A stretch of 64,000 bases of DNA from contig JAPEUI010000038.1 in assembly GCA_026025075.1 (NCBI GenBank), forward strand, positions 1-64,000, written 5' to 3'. This DNA is from Vezdaea acicularis (Eukaryota). Positions 12,288-26,200 of this stretch are shown one piece after another. Numbering within the stretch: the stretch's first letter is position 1; every line of letters begins with the position of its first letter. The translations under genes were made by a program, and so were the position numbers. The notes below the pieces were generated by a model, which was given only the letters and a program-made list of their open reading frames with translations, ran no database searches and was not told the DNA's origin.

Positions 12288-13469
12288 AAAGACCGTCAAT
12301 GTGATTACAGTCTGGTCACAAAGGGGGCATCCGAGCCTAAGCGAAACAGCCTCTACAGATGAAAAGCTATAACGGAAGCATTCCACCCTCGAAAGAACTA
12401 GATAGCCCCTAAAGGCTCGCCCAAAAACACGCTTTGCTCATGCAACAGGTGGCCTCCCGATGCACGAGACGTCATCCTACAATTGCAGAGTCGCTCCGCC
12501 TCCGGACGTGAATTTAGGGGGTGCTCTGGAATCAGTCCCTCGTGACAAGTCTCCCACAATAGATGAAACCAGGACATCGTATTCCCGTATGGTTGTGTCC
12601 TTATCTTTCGACCTCTACTCGCAGAAGCCATGACGAGAAGTCACGGCGATTCAAGCGATACGCGAAAGCAGATCACTGGTAAACCGGTCCCAACCAAATA
12701 AAAAGTAAGTGACAATTCAACACCGATAGTTAAGTTTAAAGATGGTCTAACACATCCCCTGTACACAGAAACTGAGTCTACCTCCTGTAGCCCTTAAAAT
12801 CAAGCCTACAGGCCCCTGCCCTAGGAAGCTGAGCCTCTCTCTCTTCGATAAAAGGCCTCATCACCGCCGCTTCGATCGAGCCATCCACTATCCACCGGCC
12901 TCGCGGCGCACAACGTCATGCCTCCTTTGCGAAACGTGGATCGGTGTCATTTACCGCTTCATGCGCCCATGAGATCGTTGAGACTCGATATCCGCCTAGG
13001 GAGCAGACCTAGCGACCTTCGATATCAAGTAAGCGGGGAAAGATGGCTCGTTGCGCGATCCGGTCTTAGTTGTACTGGCCTAGGACTAACGGCGTCGACT
13101 GGGACCGGGTGACTGAGAGTGTTTGGGTATGGGAGCGGAAGGGCGCAGTAACAACAGTCATAGAAAATGTACGTATGACTTCGGCGCATCAAGCAGAGGA
13201 ATCAAGGTCGAGTAGATGAGATGAGATGAGCGTGGAGTTTTCCACTCCATTCCAAAGGTATAAATCTAGCATAGAAGAACCGCGACATCTAGATCTTCTC
13301 TTCCAATTGAACTGCGCACTAAGCCTCCCATTCAGGAAACCCCTACGAGAATGAGAATGCGAAATGCCACCCTGACTGCATGCGAGCGCTGAACTCCCGG
13401 TGACTTGAATACCCAACCACACACCATCGCGCCCACCCACGATCACATAGTCCGCCTGCGTACTTGCGC

Positions 13470-16400
13470 TTATACCCTATCGTGAGCGAAATCCAACACT
13501 TCGCAATCCTCCTCGAAAAAGCCTTCCTCGTCGTCCTCATCCCCCTCAGCCCCTTCCCTCTTCGATCTCCTCCGCGTGGTCACGACGATCTGCTCGAAAA
13601 CGTCGGCCTCGCCCAGCACGGCGGTCTTGCGCGATGCCTGCGAGTGAAGGAACGAGTCCCCAAAGGTTGCATCTTCATGCTCCGGCTCTTGCACACCAAC
13701 GTTGACTTGTCTGCCAGGAATTGGCTGGCCGAATATCCATGGGCTCGCATCGCTCACGTGCAGAGACGCCTCGTCTTCGAAGGTGAACATGTTGATGCGC
13801 CGATCGGTGTGGAATGGCTGATAGGGCGCATTCGTCTCGATTTCCGCGAAAGAAAGAGGATGCTGCGGATCCTCGACATCCGACTCCGGCCTCGGACGCA
13901 AAGACCAGAAACCCTTGTACCAACTTTTGCGCACGCTTGGCTGGATCTCTAGGCCCATTTGCTCGACAACATTCGGCGCAACCACGTCGTCTGGAAGCTT
14001 CGCGAGAGCAAAGCTGAACACGTTTCCGGCAAGCTTGACGTGCTGCTTGTTACCTTTGCGGGCATATCTGTGGCCTACAGCGTGCATGCGTAGATTCCCT
14101 CCAGCCACAACAGCGATAAATCCACTCTCATCGCCTGTAAGCCATCTCACACAACCTGGTCTGATGGGGTTTGAGGATGTTGGTATATGAATTCTGTTCT
14201 CGCCAGTGTTTCGCAGATCATCTACCGTACCTGCAACAGCATCAAAAGACTTGCTCAAGCCAGCCCGCATGGTGCGACTGGCTGGGCGGCCACGGGGTGC
14301 AGTCATAGCTATGCCCCCCGCCCGCTGTGCCGCTTCGATATAGGGCTGTGTAGTATTCGAAACCGTTTTATATGCAGCGTTGAACAGACCAAGAGCTGCA
14401 CCAAGTGTCCCGGTTAAATTCTCGTCACTACCTGCAGACCCTGCAGGCCGCTTTGCAATCTTGTTCGCCTGACGAGGAGGTGGCCATTGAAACGCAATTG
14501 GAGGAAACTCAAAGACATGAACAGTCCCTTTGTCGGTGACAAGGGCCAGTCGTTCGCCAGTAGGGGCAGGCCAAACAACGTCAATAATTCTTGCCTCAGT
14601 CTTGCGAGTAAACTTGGCGACTTGGCGGACGTGCGACGTCATTTGATGGGAGTCCTGGGCAGGACCTATACCGGGCGGATGACCAGATGACATACGCATT
14701 AGATCCCAGACATACTGCACGTCGCCTTTAGCGCTAGCCGTGAGTAGCCATAGGCCTCCTGGAGAAAAAGAGAGGAAACTGCAACCTAAAGGTGCTTGGA
14801 ATGTAACAAGTGGGTTCAAGCCCATTGTAGATTGTGGAGAATCAGAAATTTTCTCAAGGTCAATGATGCAGACAAGATTTGGGACATTTTGCTCTTCTTC
14901 TAGGCCGTCCAAATAGGCATTGGTAGGAGGAAACTGTGGGTTGCTTGCTACGTGGCGCCCATGTTCTGGTGCTCGAGGATGCGGCGCTCCTGGAGCGGAA
15001 GGGTTCATGTAATTATCATACCTTTGCCAGGCTTGGGTTCCAATCCAGCTGGCTCCTTTGATCACTTGTTGAGTAGCGATTCGAGAGATCGTATCCAATA
15101 TGTTGTATCCATCTGGCGTCTGCGCCTCACAATTCACTGGAGGTCGTGATGACGCTCGCGATGCGGTAAGTCCAGGGACGTTTGAGGTGGAAATCGCAAC
15201 AGGGTCTCCAACAGAGAACGTACGTCGAGAAGGATCCGGCGGAGAAATCGCAAGCCAACGGCCCCCTAATGACAAGATTGGCCTTCCGTCCTGCTGAAGA
15301 TCTAATAAGCTTGTTTCGTTAAAAGCAGAAGCATCTGAGGCGCTGGATGACCTTGAGCGTTTGGAACGTGACGCTCGTGCGATAGATGTCCAAGTCTTGC
15401 CCACACATTCGAAGGTGGGGATGCCAGAGTCTGACCGTTTCCTACGTTTAACTTCAAAGACGAAGACTTCACCACTGTCGCCGGAAGAAACAACGATATA
15501 TTTTCCACTTATCTGAACGCTGAGTCTGCCAATGGGAGGAGGGCGGGTAAAGAGCGGGCTATTGATGGCGAGTGCGATGTCGACAGCTTTAGACACGAGT
15601 AGTGTTGAAACATGCGTAAAGGTTGATAGCGAGTAGATTTCAACTGACGTTTGGTACTGAGAAATGTCATCCATTACTGCATCTTCATTGTCCCCATACG
15701 GGGACTCTGCGATCTGGATGTCCATATCCACAAGACTGTGTACAGTAGTCTCGCCTTCAATCTCGTCCATAGCGTGATCCAGCGCAGGCTGATTGGAGGC
15801 AGGAAGTACTGGCCCGTGAATGATTACAGCCACAAGTGGTCCGACAGAAGATGATCCGTCTTCTAGGAAGGCAGCCGGAATTATCCTAGCATCAACAACG
15901 CCCCCTCTAAGGCCTGTCAAGCGTCCGATGCTTTCTAGATGATCTTTGCAAAGGGAAAACACATCGAGACCGCCTTCCCATCCGATTAGAATGACGTTCT
16001 GACTTTCGAGGGTACCATTGGCGCCCGCCGCCGACAGAACATCAAACCCACAATAGTAACCGTCATCGCCAGGCACTTTGGTTGGCTCAGCATCGTGGAC
16101 AAAGCCAAAGTTTGGTTGGGGGGCACCATAAAAGTGAGCCTGTGGTAGATGTGGAGGTGGGGGCTGAGGTGAGAAATGTGACCTTTGCGATTGCTGCGAG
16201 AAAGCAGAGCTTCGCCGATCTCTTCGTGATCTAGCTTGGTTACCAATATCTCCAAGAACGGAATGTAGGTTCTGTGCCTGCACGGTCCTACCGCGGCTAG
16301 TAGCTGGACCAAGCGAATGAGGTGTCCCATCAATACCGGCTATCATGTCGCTAAATGATGGTGGCACAGCTTGCGGAGAGCCACTTAAACTGAGGCGTGG

Positions 16401-16880
16401 ACTTGGAGCAGCATTGGGCGAGCCATCAACGAACGGAAGCGTCTTCGTCCATTCATCGGTATTGTAAGCAGCGGTGCTTGCGTTGAGAGCAGAAGATGTT
16501 GTGAGTGCATTCAGTACAGGCGAGGTCGTATGATCGATAGATGAAGCATGCCGTGATGAAGGCGAAGCCGATACATTGTGGCGTGGCGGGGACAGAGGCG
16601 CTGGAGTCTTCGTCCTAAGCTCAGTGATCAGGCTGCTGTTCGGTGATGGACGTAGTGGTACTTAGGGGCAGATCACTTACAGTTCGTTGGGATAGATCCT
16701 AAGTGGGCTGTCAGTGGGTACCTTCTCACGCCCATCTTTGATGTTTCGATTCTTCTTGTTCTTGCCTTTCTGGTCACCAGTCCTCGCCTGTCGTTGGTAG
16801 AACGGCCCAACAGCGGGGCCGTGAGAAGTGTCTTTGTCGTTGCTCGGGCATGCTACCAAGTTGTCTGACGAAGAGGGCAT
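13470..16880 (-). CDS. BCAS3-like WD40/beta-propeller protein, 2 exons
   Basis: The 965-aa ORF extends in frame to an acceptor at 16615 and splices (phase 2, GAACT|gtaagt) to exon 16880-16680. Motifs SFLSFSPGGLWLLTASAKGD, TDKGTVHVF and PLSFAEIETNAPYQPFHTD resemble the BCAS3 family. The start is tentative. Confidence 0.8.
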
Positions 16881-17521
16881 TCAAGAAGCTTCCCCAGAAG
16901 CTTTACCTGAAGAGCTTTCTTTGACTTTTGTACTCTCGAGTGTTATAAAGTCAGCGGTATCGAGACGATATAGGAAGACTTCGCATGGAATGCAAGCTGA
17001 AGGAAAAGACGTGGCCATGAGACCAGAGAGCTAGAATGGGATGGTTGGACGGACGTAGACTTTTGCACTACGTGTGAGCGCAGTATCCCGTATTGCGGGG
17101 TGAGGAGAAATACTACGGCGCGGGGACCTGCATATCCGTGCTATCCTTGCTGTTGATGACATTAAGAGTAGTAGTCATGGCTCCGCATAGAATAGTGGAT
17201 GATGCCACTTCATAGATCCCATCTGGAGGCTTTGAGGTGAACAATTATGGCAACATAAACGGTGGACTCGTTCCAGCTTCTTCGCCTTATTAACGTTTTG
17301 AGCCACATTGAAGCCGCGACACCCGTAAAGTTAAGTGCATAGGTGCATCGCGGTGCATCAGGAGGGGGAGAGAAGTCACGCAATAGCAAGGATCGCCATA
17401 CGTCAAGAAATTTGGGAAAATTTACGTAGCAGGTACGTCTATATGTGTTACGTTACACAAGCACCAGCGCTTATCCCTTCCCGTCTCATCCGATCATATC
17501 TACAAGTATCGACGATGAGCA

Positions 17522-18205
17522 TTATTTGCCGAGGCCGAAAGCAGAAGACTGGAAATATGCAACGCCGGCTGCGCGTGTGAGTGCAGCCGAATTAAATCTG
17601 CGCCCCGGTGGAGGCCCGTTTCTTGGTGTTTTGGGTAACAGCGGCGGTCTCCCGCGTGCTGGCCCTTTCCTCCTTGGCTTCGAGACTAACGGCTGGAGCG
17701 CGATGAATGTATTCCTCAACGGTATACCTGGCACATGCTTTAAACACCTGCATCGTAACTGACATAAGATGAAAAATCCCCCCTCTTCTTCGCCTTGGCC
17801 GTATAAAGCTGGGTGTGCCTAAACCATCATGTTTAGCTCTCACGCAGGTTAGAGAATGTTTGGCTGGATTACCAGATTCTTATAGCAATCGACATCATAA
17901 TTCAACCCGGGCTGTTCACAGAGACATCCAGCGTTGGCTCCCGTGTTTCCATACGCGGAGCACACGTCCCAAAGCGTCTGATACTCCTTGGGTGACCGTC
18001 CCAAGCTCGCAGGCCAAGCTTCGGTTGGTATTGGTCCTGGTGCGCAAATGATGGCATCCTGTTCGAACCGGCGTTCCAGCGTCGATATGGATGCGTTATA
18101 TGCAGATGCAATATGGCCGGATGCCGGGATAGAGAGTACGACGCTTGGTTGAGATAGGAAAAAGAAAAGGCAACAAAGATAGAAGTAGGAGACAGGCCGT
18201 GACAT
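17522..18205 (-). CDS. Small secreted Cys-rich protein (family member 2), 2 exons
   Basis: ATG at 18205: MSRPVSYFYLCCLFFFLSQPSVVLS (signal), LERR (Kex2-like site), IICAPGP...YQTLWDVCS..GNTGANAGCLC...DC. A 54-nt intron 17872-17819 (gtaatc..gctaaac..ttag) joins in frame to AHPALYG...LCQLRCRCLKH and a basic Pro-rich tail. Confidence 0.75.
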
Positions 18206-19002
18206 CGTTGTCCGTGAGCCAGCACAGGACGAAAGAAATGTAAGGAAATTGCAGGCTTTGGGGTTGAGACCAAACCACGTCGTCCGCCCACAGATATAAA
18301 TCTTCGAGAGCGCCGGCTGCCGCACGGGAAGTGGGTGCACCAGCCTGCGCGTAACTCACCACAGGCATGGCCGCAACAGTCGCGTGCTATAACTTTGAGC
18401 GTGAAACTTGCAATTATCGTGGCAATGACCCATCAGGTGCGCGCTGCGGCCGTGCGAGGCCAGAAGACGCGGTAAGGTGCGGCGTGATTATTAAGGAAAA
18501 CGATGGTTCCTGGATGAGAGATCCTTTCACTCCTTCGCGAAAAGACACGGTGCACCCGCTGGCCAGCAACGATGTGGGGTGCGTCAAGCTACGCCTTGAA
18601 GGGAAAATCGCGCGCCAAGGACCGGGCATTTCCTTGAGATCTGGGAAGCGAGCCGCTGCTTCAGGAGGCAGGTGTTGGGCTTCTGTGCCCAGGGGGGAAG
18701 GACAGCACTGCTACGTTTCAGATTCCCCAAGTAAGCCGTGCCGCGCTTGTATTGTAAAACACTTCTAGACACCGGATATCGGACACCAGACGCCTTGACC
18801 CTCCCAGAAGACCCCGCAGGCAGAGCCATGTAGATATACTGGCCCCTGCGTACGCCAGACGTAGCTTGAAAATATCCGCATCCCAGCGAGATCTCGACTC
18901 TCAATGCCATCTCTCGTCATCACGCATCCCTAGCCGGCACCTTGTTAGATCTTTCCAGGTGGGAACGTACACCAACATTGCGACTTACGTTAAGCTTCGC
19001 CC

Positions 19003-21352
19003 TTAGAAGTCAATAACAATGCCATCCCCGTGATCCCCGACGCCTATTTGTCCCCCCATCAGACCTTGCCTCAGTCTCATGACAAATTGTGCAAGCATGG
19101 TGCTCTATCCAGACGCAGTCGTCGACGCGTTAGTATCACTCAGCAAACCAGGTGACCCACTCCCCAAACTCAACCGTCACGCGGGGTAGGAAACCCACCG
19201 TGATCCGTGTCGTTCTTCCGCCTTCGCGCCTGTCTATGTCGTTCTGTGCCATTATCTCATAAGCGCGATCCATGCATTTCTTAGACGTCAACTTATCCCC
19301 ACTAGTCGGCTCGTTCTGTGGAGGGTCTGAAGCTGTCGATGGCCGTCCAGTTCTAGCTCTAGCTCTTCTACGACGACCAAGAAAGAGGAGTGAGCTGTCG
19401 CCAGCGGAGAGCCCTTTCTCAATCCCGATGCCCAGTCGAGCCTCCTGTTGAGCGCGAGAATCGGGAGAAAATATCTTGATCGTATGGTCAATACCAGATA
19501 CTGCGAGCAGTGGTTCATATGGATGACCTGATCGTACCGAGTCAGCTTCAATGTGAACTGTTTCGCAGTCTCTAACAAAGGACACTCTACCTTGCACGAC
19601 ATTGACGACTTCCCCGTCGCCTTCAAGTATGTTCACCAGCTCAGACGTGCGCCTATCCCATATGAATACGTGACCACAGTCGCTGCCACTGACAACGTAT
19701 TCGTCTTGCAACCCGAAAAAGTTGACATCCTTGACTGTCCTAACATTACAATGCCCTTTATAGGTCCTCCTATGTGAATCACAAGGAACATTTTGCTCGG
19801 CCGTCTCTTTTAGTCTACTACCATAGTCATCATCAGAATCGTCGTCGTCCCTGTCGTCGTCGTCGTCGTCGTCGTCGCCATCACCATCACCATCACCACC
19901 AACGTCCGAAAATCCAGCAGCTTGATCAGCTAGTGTCAATTCATCTTCAGAGACTAGCGCACCCCCGGTCGCAGGCGAATGATGAGTGCTGCCTTCTTCG
20001 CTCAAAAGGAATCCCTCATGGCTAAGTTTCCTTCGCTTCTTTCCTCTGTCCTTCAGTTCCTTGATTTTACCATTGAACAGCCCTAGTTCTTCAGCAGTCA
20101 CATCACTTCCGTCGTATGCATCCGGCGATCTAAGAATGTCAAAGCTATAGACTTTCACGCTGTCAGTCGCTCAGGTAAATTGATGCAAGACTCGAGAACC
20201 TACTATGATCGCCTGACCAGCTGACAATCAGTTCATTCGGATTAAAGTCGGAAATCTTACACGCCGTTATATGGCCATGGTTCGATAGTCTCATTGTTTT
20301 ATGTCCATTTGGGGCGAATCTTCGAACGCACTTTGTCGCTTGGCCCATACGAAGATCGTCGGATTCGGAATTCCCATCAACTGAGGTGGAGGTGCCCCTC
20401 TCCTCGTCCATATCTCTTCCTAGCATACGACGATCATGTAAGAAACAATGAAGGTGATCTCCGCCTAGGGCGATATAGTGCGGCTGGCTCGCTGAGCAGG
20501 AGATTGTATTCAAATCGAGATGGTATTTACTGTAAGATATTAATGGTGGCGGTCCATTCGTTGAATCAAACACCCCAAGCTGTTGTCCTCTCCTCTGCTG
20601 TGCTGGATACGCAGAGCTAGGTTGCCGAAGATCGAATTGACGTACGTCCCCATCCTCGCTGCAGGTGAGGAAAAGGTATGGAGAGGCTTCGGTAACGATA
20701 CGCTTGACACGATCAACGTGCGATCGATAGATCCTAGCATTGGTATTTCCGTCATTGAGATAACGAACGCCATTATATGACACGTTCATCCCCCCACTCC
20801 GACTTGCTGAGGCTAAGTTGGAGCCAAGGGAAGGGATCGTAGACTTCCCAGCGTATTCAATATCGAACACCCTAACTTCCCTGTCTCCGGCGCAAGACAC
20901 CAGAGTGTTATCTCCTGAATGAGGCATGAACTTCACAGAGAATATATTCTGCGTATGACCGGTTGATATTGAGGTGCTAAGCGCGAATGATGACGATGAT
21001 GATTCGGGCTGGTACCTATGGATATTAAGCTGTTGATCATCAGAGCCAGAGGCAAGGAGCCGCCCAGATTTTGACCAGCTGAAGAAGTTATAGGGTCAGT
21101 GCTGTGCTCAATTATGTAGGAAGAAATTACCTGTCGAAACTGTAAGGGCTGGAATACGGAGAGCAAAGGCCTTGATTGGGCAGTATTGACATACCTGAGT
21201 GCATTTACACAGCCAGAATGTCCACCGAGCTCATTGACGATATCTAGCTCGTCAATCCATGCCCTTTCAGCGTAAAAGCCTGCGCTCACGGCCTGAGGTG
21301 AAAGCCCTCCGACCTCCCTTTTGAGGATCCTAGTGAGTGTGGTTTGCTTCAT
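19003..21352 (-). CDS. WD40 repeat protein, DCAF6/DCAF8/Iqw1-like CUL4-DDB1 substrate receptor
   Basis: GHSGCVNAL, SGSDD, GHTQNIFSVKFMPH, HVDRVKRI, YKGHCNVRTVKDVNF, SGSDCG, EVVNVVQGHP...SGIDHTIKIF. Multiple introns; the last exon and stop are tentative. Confidence 0.88.
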
Positions 21353-21873
21353 GGCGGGGTCTCAAGGGTTGTCACAGCTCTCCGTGAACGTCCCATTTAA
21401 CTAGAATTTTACCAGCCAGCTAGCCAGACCTCTTTAAAGAGGGGTTTCATTAGCGGAATATGAAAGAGCAATTGAAGTCTGCGGGATGACGACAGATCAT
21501 GCCCTCAAGTTGGAAATAAATCGCACGTGCTTAGAAGGCAAAAGCGAGAAAGCAGTTGCCACTTTAGATTTCTCTCGCCGTCCCTGACTTCACACCATTC
21601 TGATGTTCTAAATCCATACCGTTTAAAGGTCTACTTATCACCCTAAGCTTTATCCAAGAAATTCGAACAGCGATTGCCGTGTAGATCTACTTTCGTAGTT
21701 CTATACGGAGCCTATTAGCGCGTCACTAGCATTGGTTCCGTTCACCCAATTATTTTTCGGTCCAAACACAAGTCGCCGCGTCGTCCAAGCATTTCCCAGA
21801 AGGACACCGAAAGCAATCCCCTGTTGTAGGGCCATTATCTTGAACCCAGGTGGAGGACGTCTTGGTGTATGAC

Positions 21874-23137
21874 ATGCCCTCAACTACCGGGTCCCCCGAC
21901 GTATCAGTCTCGACTCCATTAGAGCCAGCTCCAGTCACCGATCTAGTCACCACCAGCGCTGATGGCGACCTCGAACCTACTGAGAAGAAAACAATCACGA
22001 AGAAGATACTAAAGAGAAAACGTCGCCCTGCTAGGCCCCAAGTTGATCCTTCAACAGTCACATCTGAGCCTCCTCCCCAGACTGGAACAATCTTCAATAT
22101 ATGGTACAATAAATGGTCTGGCGGCGACAGGGAGGACAAGTACTTGTCCAAGCATGCTGCAGCTGGACGCTGTAACATAGCTAAAGACTCAGGATATACT
22201 CGCGCCGACAAGGTACCGGGCTCTTACTTCTGTTTATTCTTTGCGCGGGGTCTGTGCCCAAAGGGTCATGAATGCGAATATCTACACAGGCTACCAACGC
22301 TACATGATCTTTTCAATCCAAATATCGATTGCTTTGGGCGGGATAAGCACAGCGACTATCGCGATGACATGGGCGGCGTCGGAAGCTTCATGAGACAAAA
22401 TAGAACTCTATACGTTGGCCGAATACATGTCCGGGATGACATAGAAGAGGTCGTAGCCCGTCATTTTGCAGAGTGGGGTCAAATCGACAGAAGTAAGCCG
22501 TTCTCAGAATCCTTAAGCTACGTCAGAAACTGTTAGCTAACTTGATTTCTCAGTCCGGGTTCTGAATTCTCGAGGAGTAGCCTTCATAACATATACCAAT
22601 GAAGCCAACTCACAGTTTGCCAAAGAAGCTATGGCGCATCAGTCGCTCGATGACTCGGAGATCCTGAATGTGCGCTGGGCTACCGTAGACCCCAATCCGA
22701 TGGCACAGGCTCGAGAAGCTCGCAGCATTGAAGAGCAGGCTGCCGAAGCAGTTCGGAGAGCTTTACCCGATGAGTTCGTGGCTGAAATTGAAGGCCGGGA
22801 TCCGGAGGCAAAGAAACGAAAAAGGATAGAAAGTAGTATGGGTCTCCAGGGCTATGAAGCACCTGACGAAGTTTGGTACGCACGAAGCTTAGGCACAGGG
22901 GACGGAAATGCCTTAAACCCCAATGGAGACTCCGAGGGGACTAAAATGACTGAAAATTCAGGCTCTGTTGGTTTGCAGGAAGAGAAAAATAGCGGCATTC
23001 TAGGTGGATCAACTCTAGCAGCTTTGAAGGGATATTCCGCACAAAGCGGAAGCGGGGGCATGATAACAGTTTCTGGAAAGCACTCCACCTCAGCGACGCC
23101 ATTGGTAGCTTATGGTAGTGACGATGACAGCGATTAA
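21874..23137 (+). CDS. CWC2: Pre-mRNA splicing factor Cwc2 (Torus/CCCH zinc finger + RRM)
   Basis: PPQTGTIFNIWYNKWSGG, FCLFFARGLCPKGHECEYLHRLP, DCFGRDKHSDYRDDMGGVGSF, AKEAMAHQSL..LNVRWA. One intron at ~22493-22553. Confidence 0.95.
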
Positions 23138-23271
23138 TACCCTGCACATCGTAGAGACTCTTTCACATCAGGATTTTAATTAACTAGTTTGGTCTCATAA
23201 GTCGTGCATAGGTGACCGGACCGACGTCGGCGACGCCTTGAAAAACGAGTCGACCTCTGAAGAGATCCGGT

Positions 23272-26200
23272 TTAAGCGCCTAGATCATAGTAAATGCATC
23301 CGCCAGTTTTATAATTATATAAAAAGGCGTTCCTTGTTGTCGCCTTTACATCGCGGGCCATGTTGGTAATGAGGTCATGAATCGCGATGATATATTTCCT
23401 GTCGTTTACTGGAGCACTTTGTACTACTTTACGCCAACTTTCAGGATCTGAAAGACGGGTAGAGCGTAACGCGTCAAGTACATCGTCGGTGACTGAGATG
23501 GCGGCGATAGGTCCGTCAAGAAATGTCGTAACCAAGTTTTGCGTGCGTAGTTGAGCTGTATATGGTGATTAGCTAGAGAATGTAATGTACCGAAACAAGC
23601 CGGCTATAAAGCTGGGTTCCCACTCTGATCGGCGATCTTACCAGATTCAATAATGTTTCGTCGATTATTTTTCTTCGACTTCAGTGGGTAACTCGGAATA
23701 AGCACCCTCACGTCAGGCTCGCGATGGGCAGAGCGACTCATATTCTCACTTTGACCTGCGGTCTGTCTGAAGTCTATTCGATGGTTCGTCCCTTCACGAT
23801 GATTTCTCTCCCTCATCTCGCCTCGCAGCCAACTTAAGAGCTCGGAATTTCGGATTTCAGAATCATCTTTTGTGATTGTGTTCTTAACTTTCAAGAGATG
23901 CTCCCCAAAGCCACCTGTGTCTTGTTTGATGATAAGAATCCACTATGCTTGTCAGCTTTCTACTCTTGTTCGGCGGTCTAAGCTTGGTGGATCAACGAAC
24001 ATTGTGCTTGTCCTCCCGATAATGCGACAGCAATTCTTCTGGTGAGTGGGCATCGCACGCTATCTCCGCACTAATATCTGCAGCCCATAATCTCTGGGCT
24101 ATTTTGACTCCTTCTGTGCGAAGAATGGTTGAATCGAAGCTTGCGACAAGGACGTCACACTGCATACACTTAGTAAACGTCTTATGCGAATATCAGGTCT
24201 ACGTACCCGTCGAGTAGCCCAAAGACCACGGAAGGAGTCCTCTGATTTTTCAGTCTTCTTCAAGAACCCTTTTGCTGTTGTCTTCTGAAATCGCATCATA
24301 GAGATGAAGATCTTTTCCCAGGCCAAATTAAAGCCCACGGCATGGCACTCCTCAATATTGACCTGGGCTTTGGGCCTATGTTCCTTGATCAAGCGATCGT
24401 AGCGTCCGCCTGCCGCGAATACATCACGTCTTCGTTGATCATACAAACATTGGAAGAGTATTCCGCCTTTATAGAATCTCTCATTGAAACTAGACAAAGG
24501 GCTAACGTATATCTTCCTGCGGACATTGAATGACTTTAGGTAAGAGTCAAGTGCAGTGATATGAGCGAAGATAGCGGACGTCTTTCCGAAAAGCTTTCCT
24601 GACATGCCAGATTCATCGAAGATCATTTTCAACTTCTCGAATGCCTTTTCCGGGGTATCTGTGGTAGTTAGCATTTCAAGTCGTCCTTTAACTTTGTTAT
24701 CATGCGGCTTACCCCTGAAATCGAATCGAGCCAAATCATCCAAAGATGTTGATGAGACGCCCGCAGAGGAAGTACGGAGCTCAGTACGAATTTTCTGCCA
24801 AGTCCAATCCTGTATGTTTAGTTTGCTGATCGTTTCTTTCACACCTGTACGTAGGGAGTGGCCGATGCGACAGAATTCCATTATAAGATCAAGTAAGTCG
24901 GAGTGATTTATATGAAAGCACATTTGGGATGACTGTAGGGAGGGAAAGGCGTCTATCACCTCGTCAATAACCTTGATGACCTCAGCTTCCTTCAATGCAA
25001 GGTCCCTCGTATCATATGATACAATGTCGAAATCTACCTCACCATGGCTTCGAGGCTGTGCTCCGTCATGAAGGTCACGGTATACATGCCCAAAAGAGAA
25101 GCTTTTCTCGGCTGAAGGATTTCTTTTAGCTAGAGCTCGCGCGTTTGGAAGAGTCAAGTCAAAGGGCAACTGTAGAAGCGTCCCAGAAGAATCCAAATAT
25201 TGTGCAGCATTTTCGCGATAGAAAGCTGAACGAGGGAACAATAACTGCCTTGACGTCTCTACTGCCCCATGATGCCTAAATATCGCGATCAATTGATCTT
25301 TCACCGAACCTTGAAGTAGTAAATCATTTGGGCTTATCTTTGTTGATGTATCCATGTCCCATACGTAGTCCTTAACTTGGCGTACTGGTTGATTGAACAG
25401 CGCTGCAAGCATCTTCTTGTGCATAGGTGACTTTGAGTCGGAAAGGCTTTGGAGAGCTTGGCGTATGGTTTCGTCCTCGATCTTAAGGGGGAGTCTATCG
25501 CTATATAAGAGGTCGGTGGAGCTTGGTCGATCACTCGGGTTATGGTTGAGAAGTGCACGGATGATATCTCCTTGCATAACTTTGTCGGGTTTTCTGAACT
25601 CCCTCGGGAGATGATGCTCAGCCTCCCGAAGCGATCGGAGAACGCGGTCCCTTTCCATGAACGTCTTTAGGGGGTAGCACATCTCAAAGAGGATGATCCC
25701 AAGCGAATACATCTACTGCAACGTTAGCAACTAACCCAATGAAAAGGCATGTCACTCTCGATCCAAATCTAAGAGTGGCATAGTTGGTGTATCTCTAGGC
25801 CCTACACGAAGCATGACGCGTTGTGTAGTGCAGAGCATTATGTTGGGAGCACTTACGTCCACTTTGTCGTTATAGCTTCCTGTCATACTTGATCGCAGTT
25901 CTGGGGCAACATACATAGCAGTGCCGATGCTGCGAGTCAAATCACTCTCGAGATGAATGCCAGAAGGGGCGGATCTGTCTACAGTGTGATACTGTCCACT
26001 GGTGGCGAGGCCAAAGTCACCTATGCGGGGAATGCTGGCAACATCTATGAAGATATTATCGGGTTTTAAATCACGATGGATTATACCATGTCCATGGATA
26101 TGTGCTAACCCTTCAACGATTTGGCGGAGAAGACGCCAAATTTCGTCATCTTTCTTATGCAGGTCTTCTCTGATGAGATCTCGAAGCGTGTGTTTCTCGC

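Noticed and set aside
12300..13460. Telomerase RNA, RNase P/MRP, snR30 or group I intron identity for the structured region
   Set aside because: There are only partial resemblances (TTAG-TTGTA-CTGG is P6.1-like; catagtcc is S-like). No template or complete set of conserved boxes was found, so it is left as an unidentified candidate.
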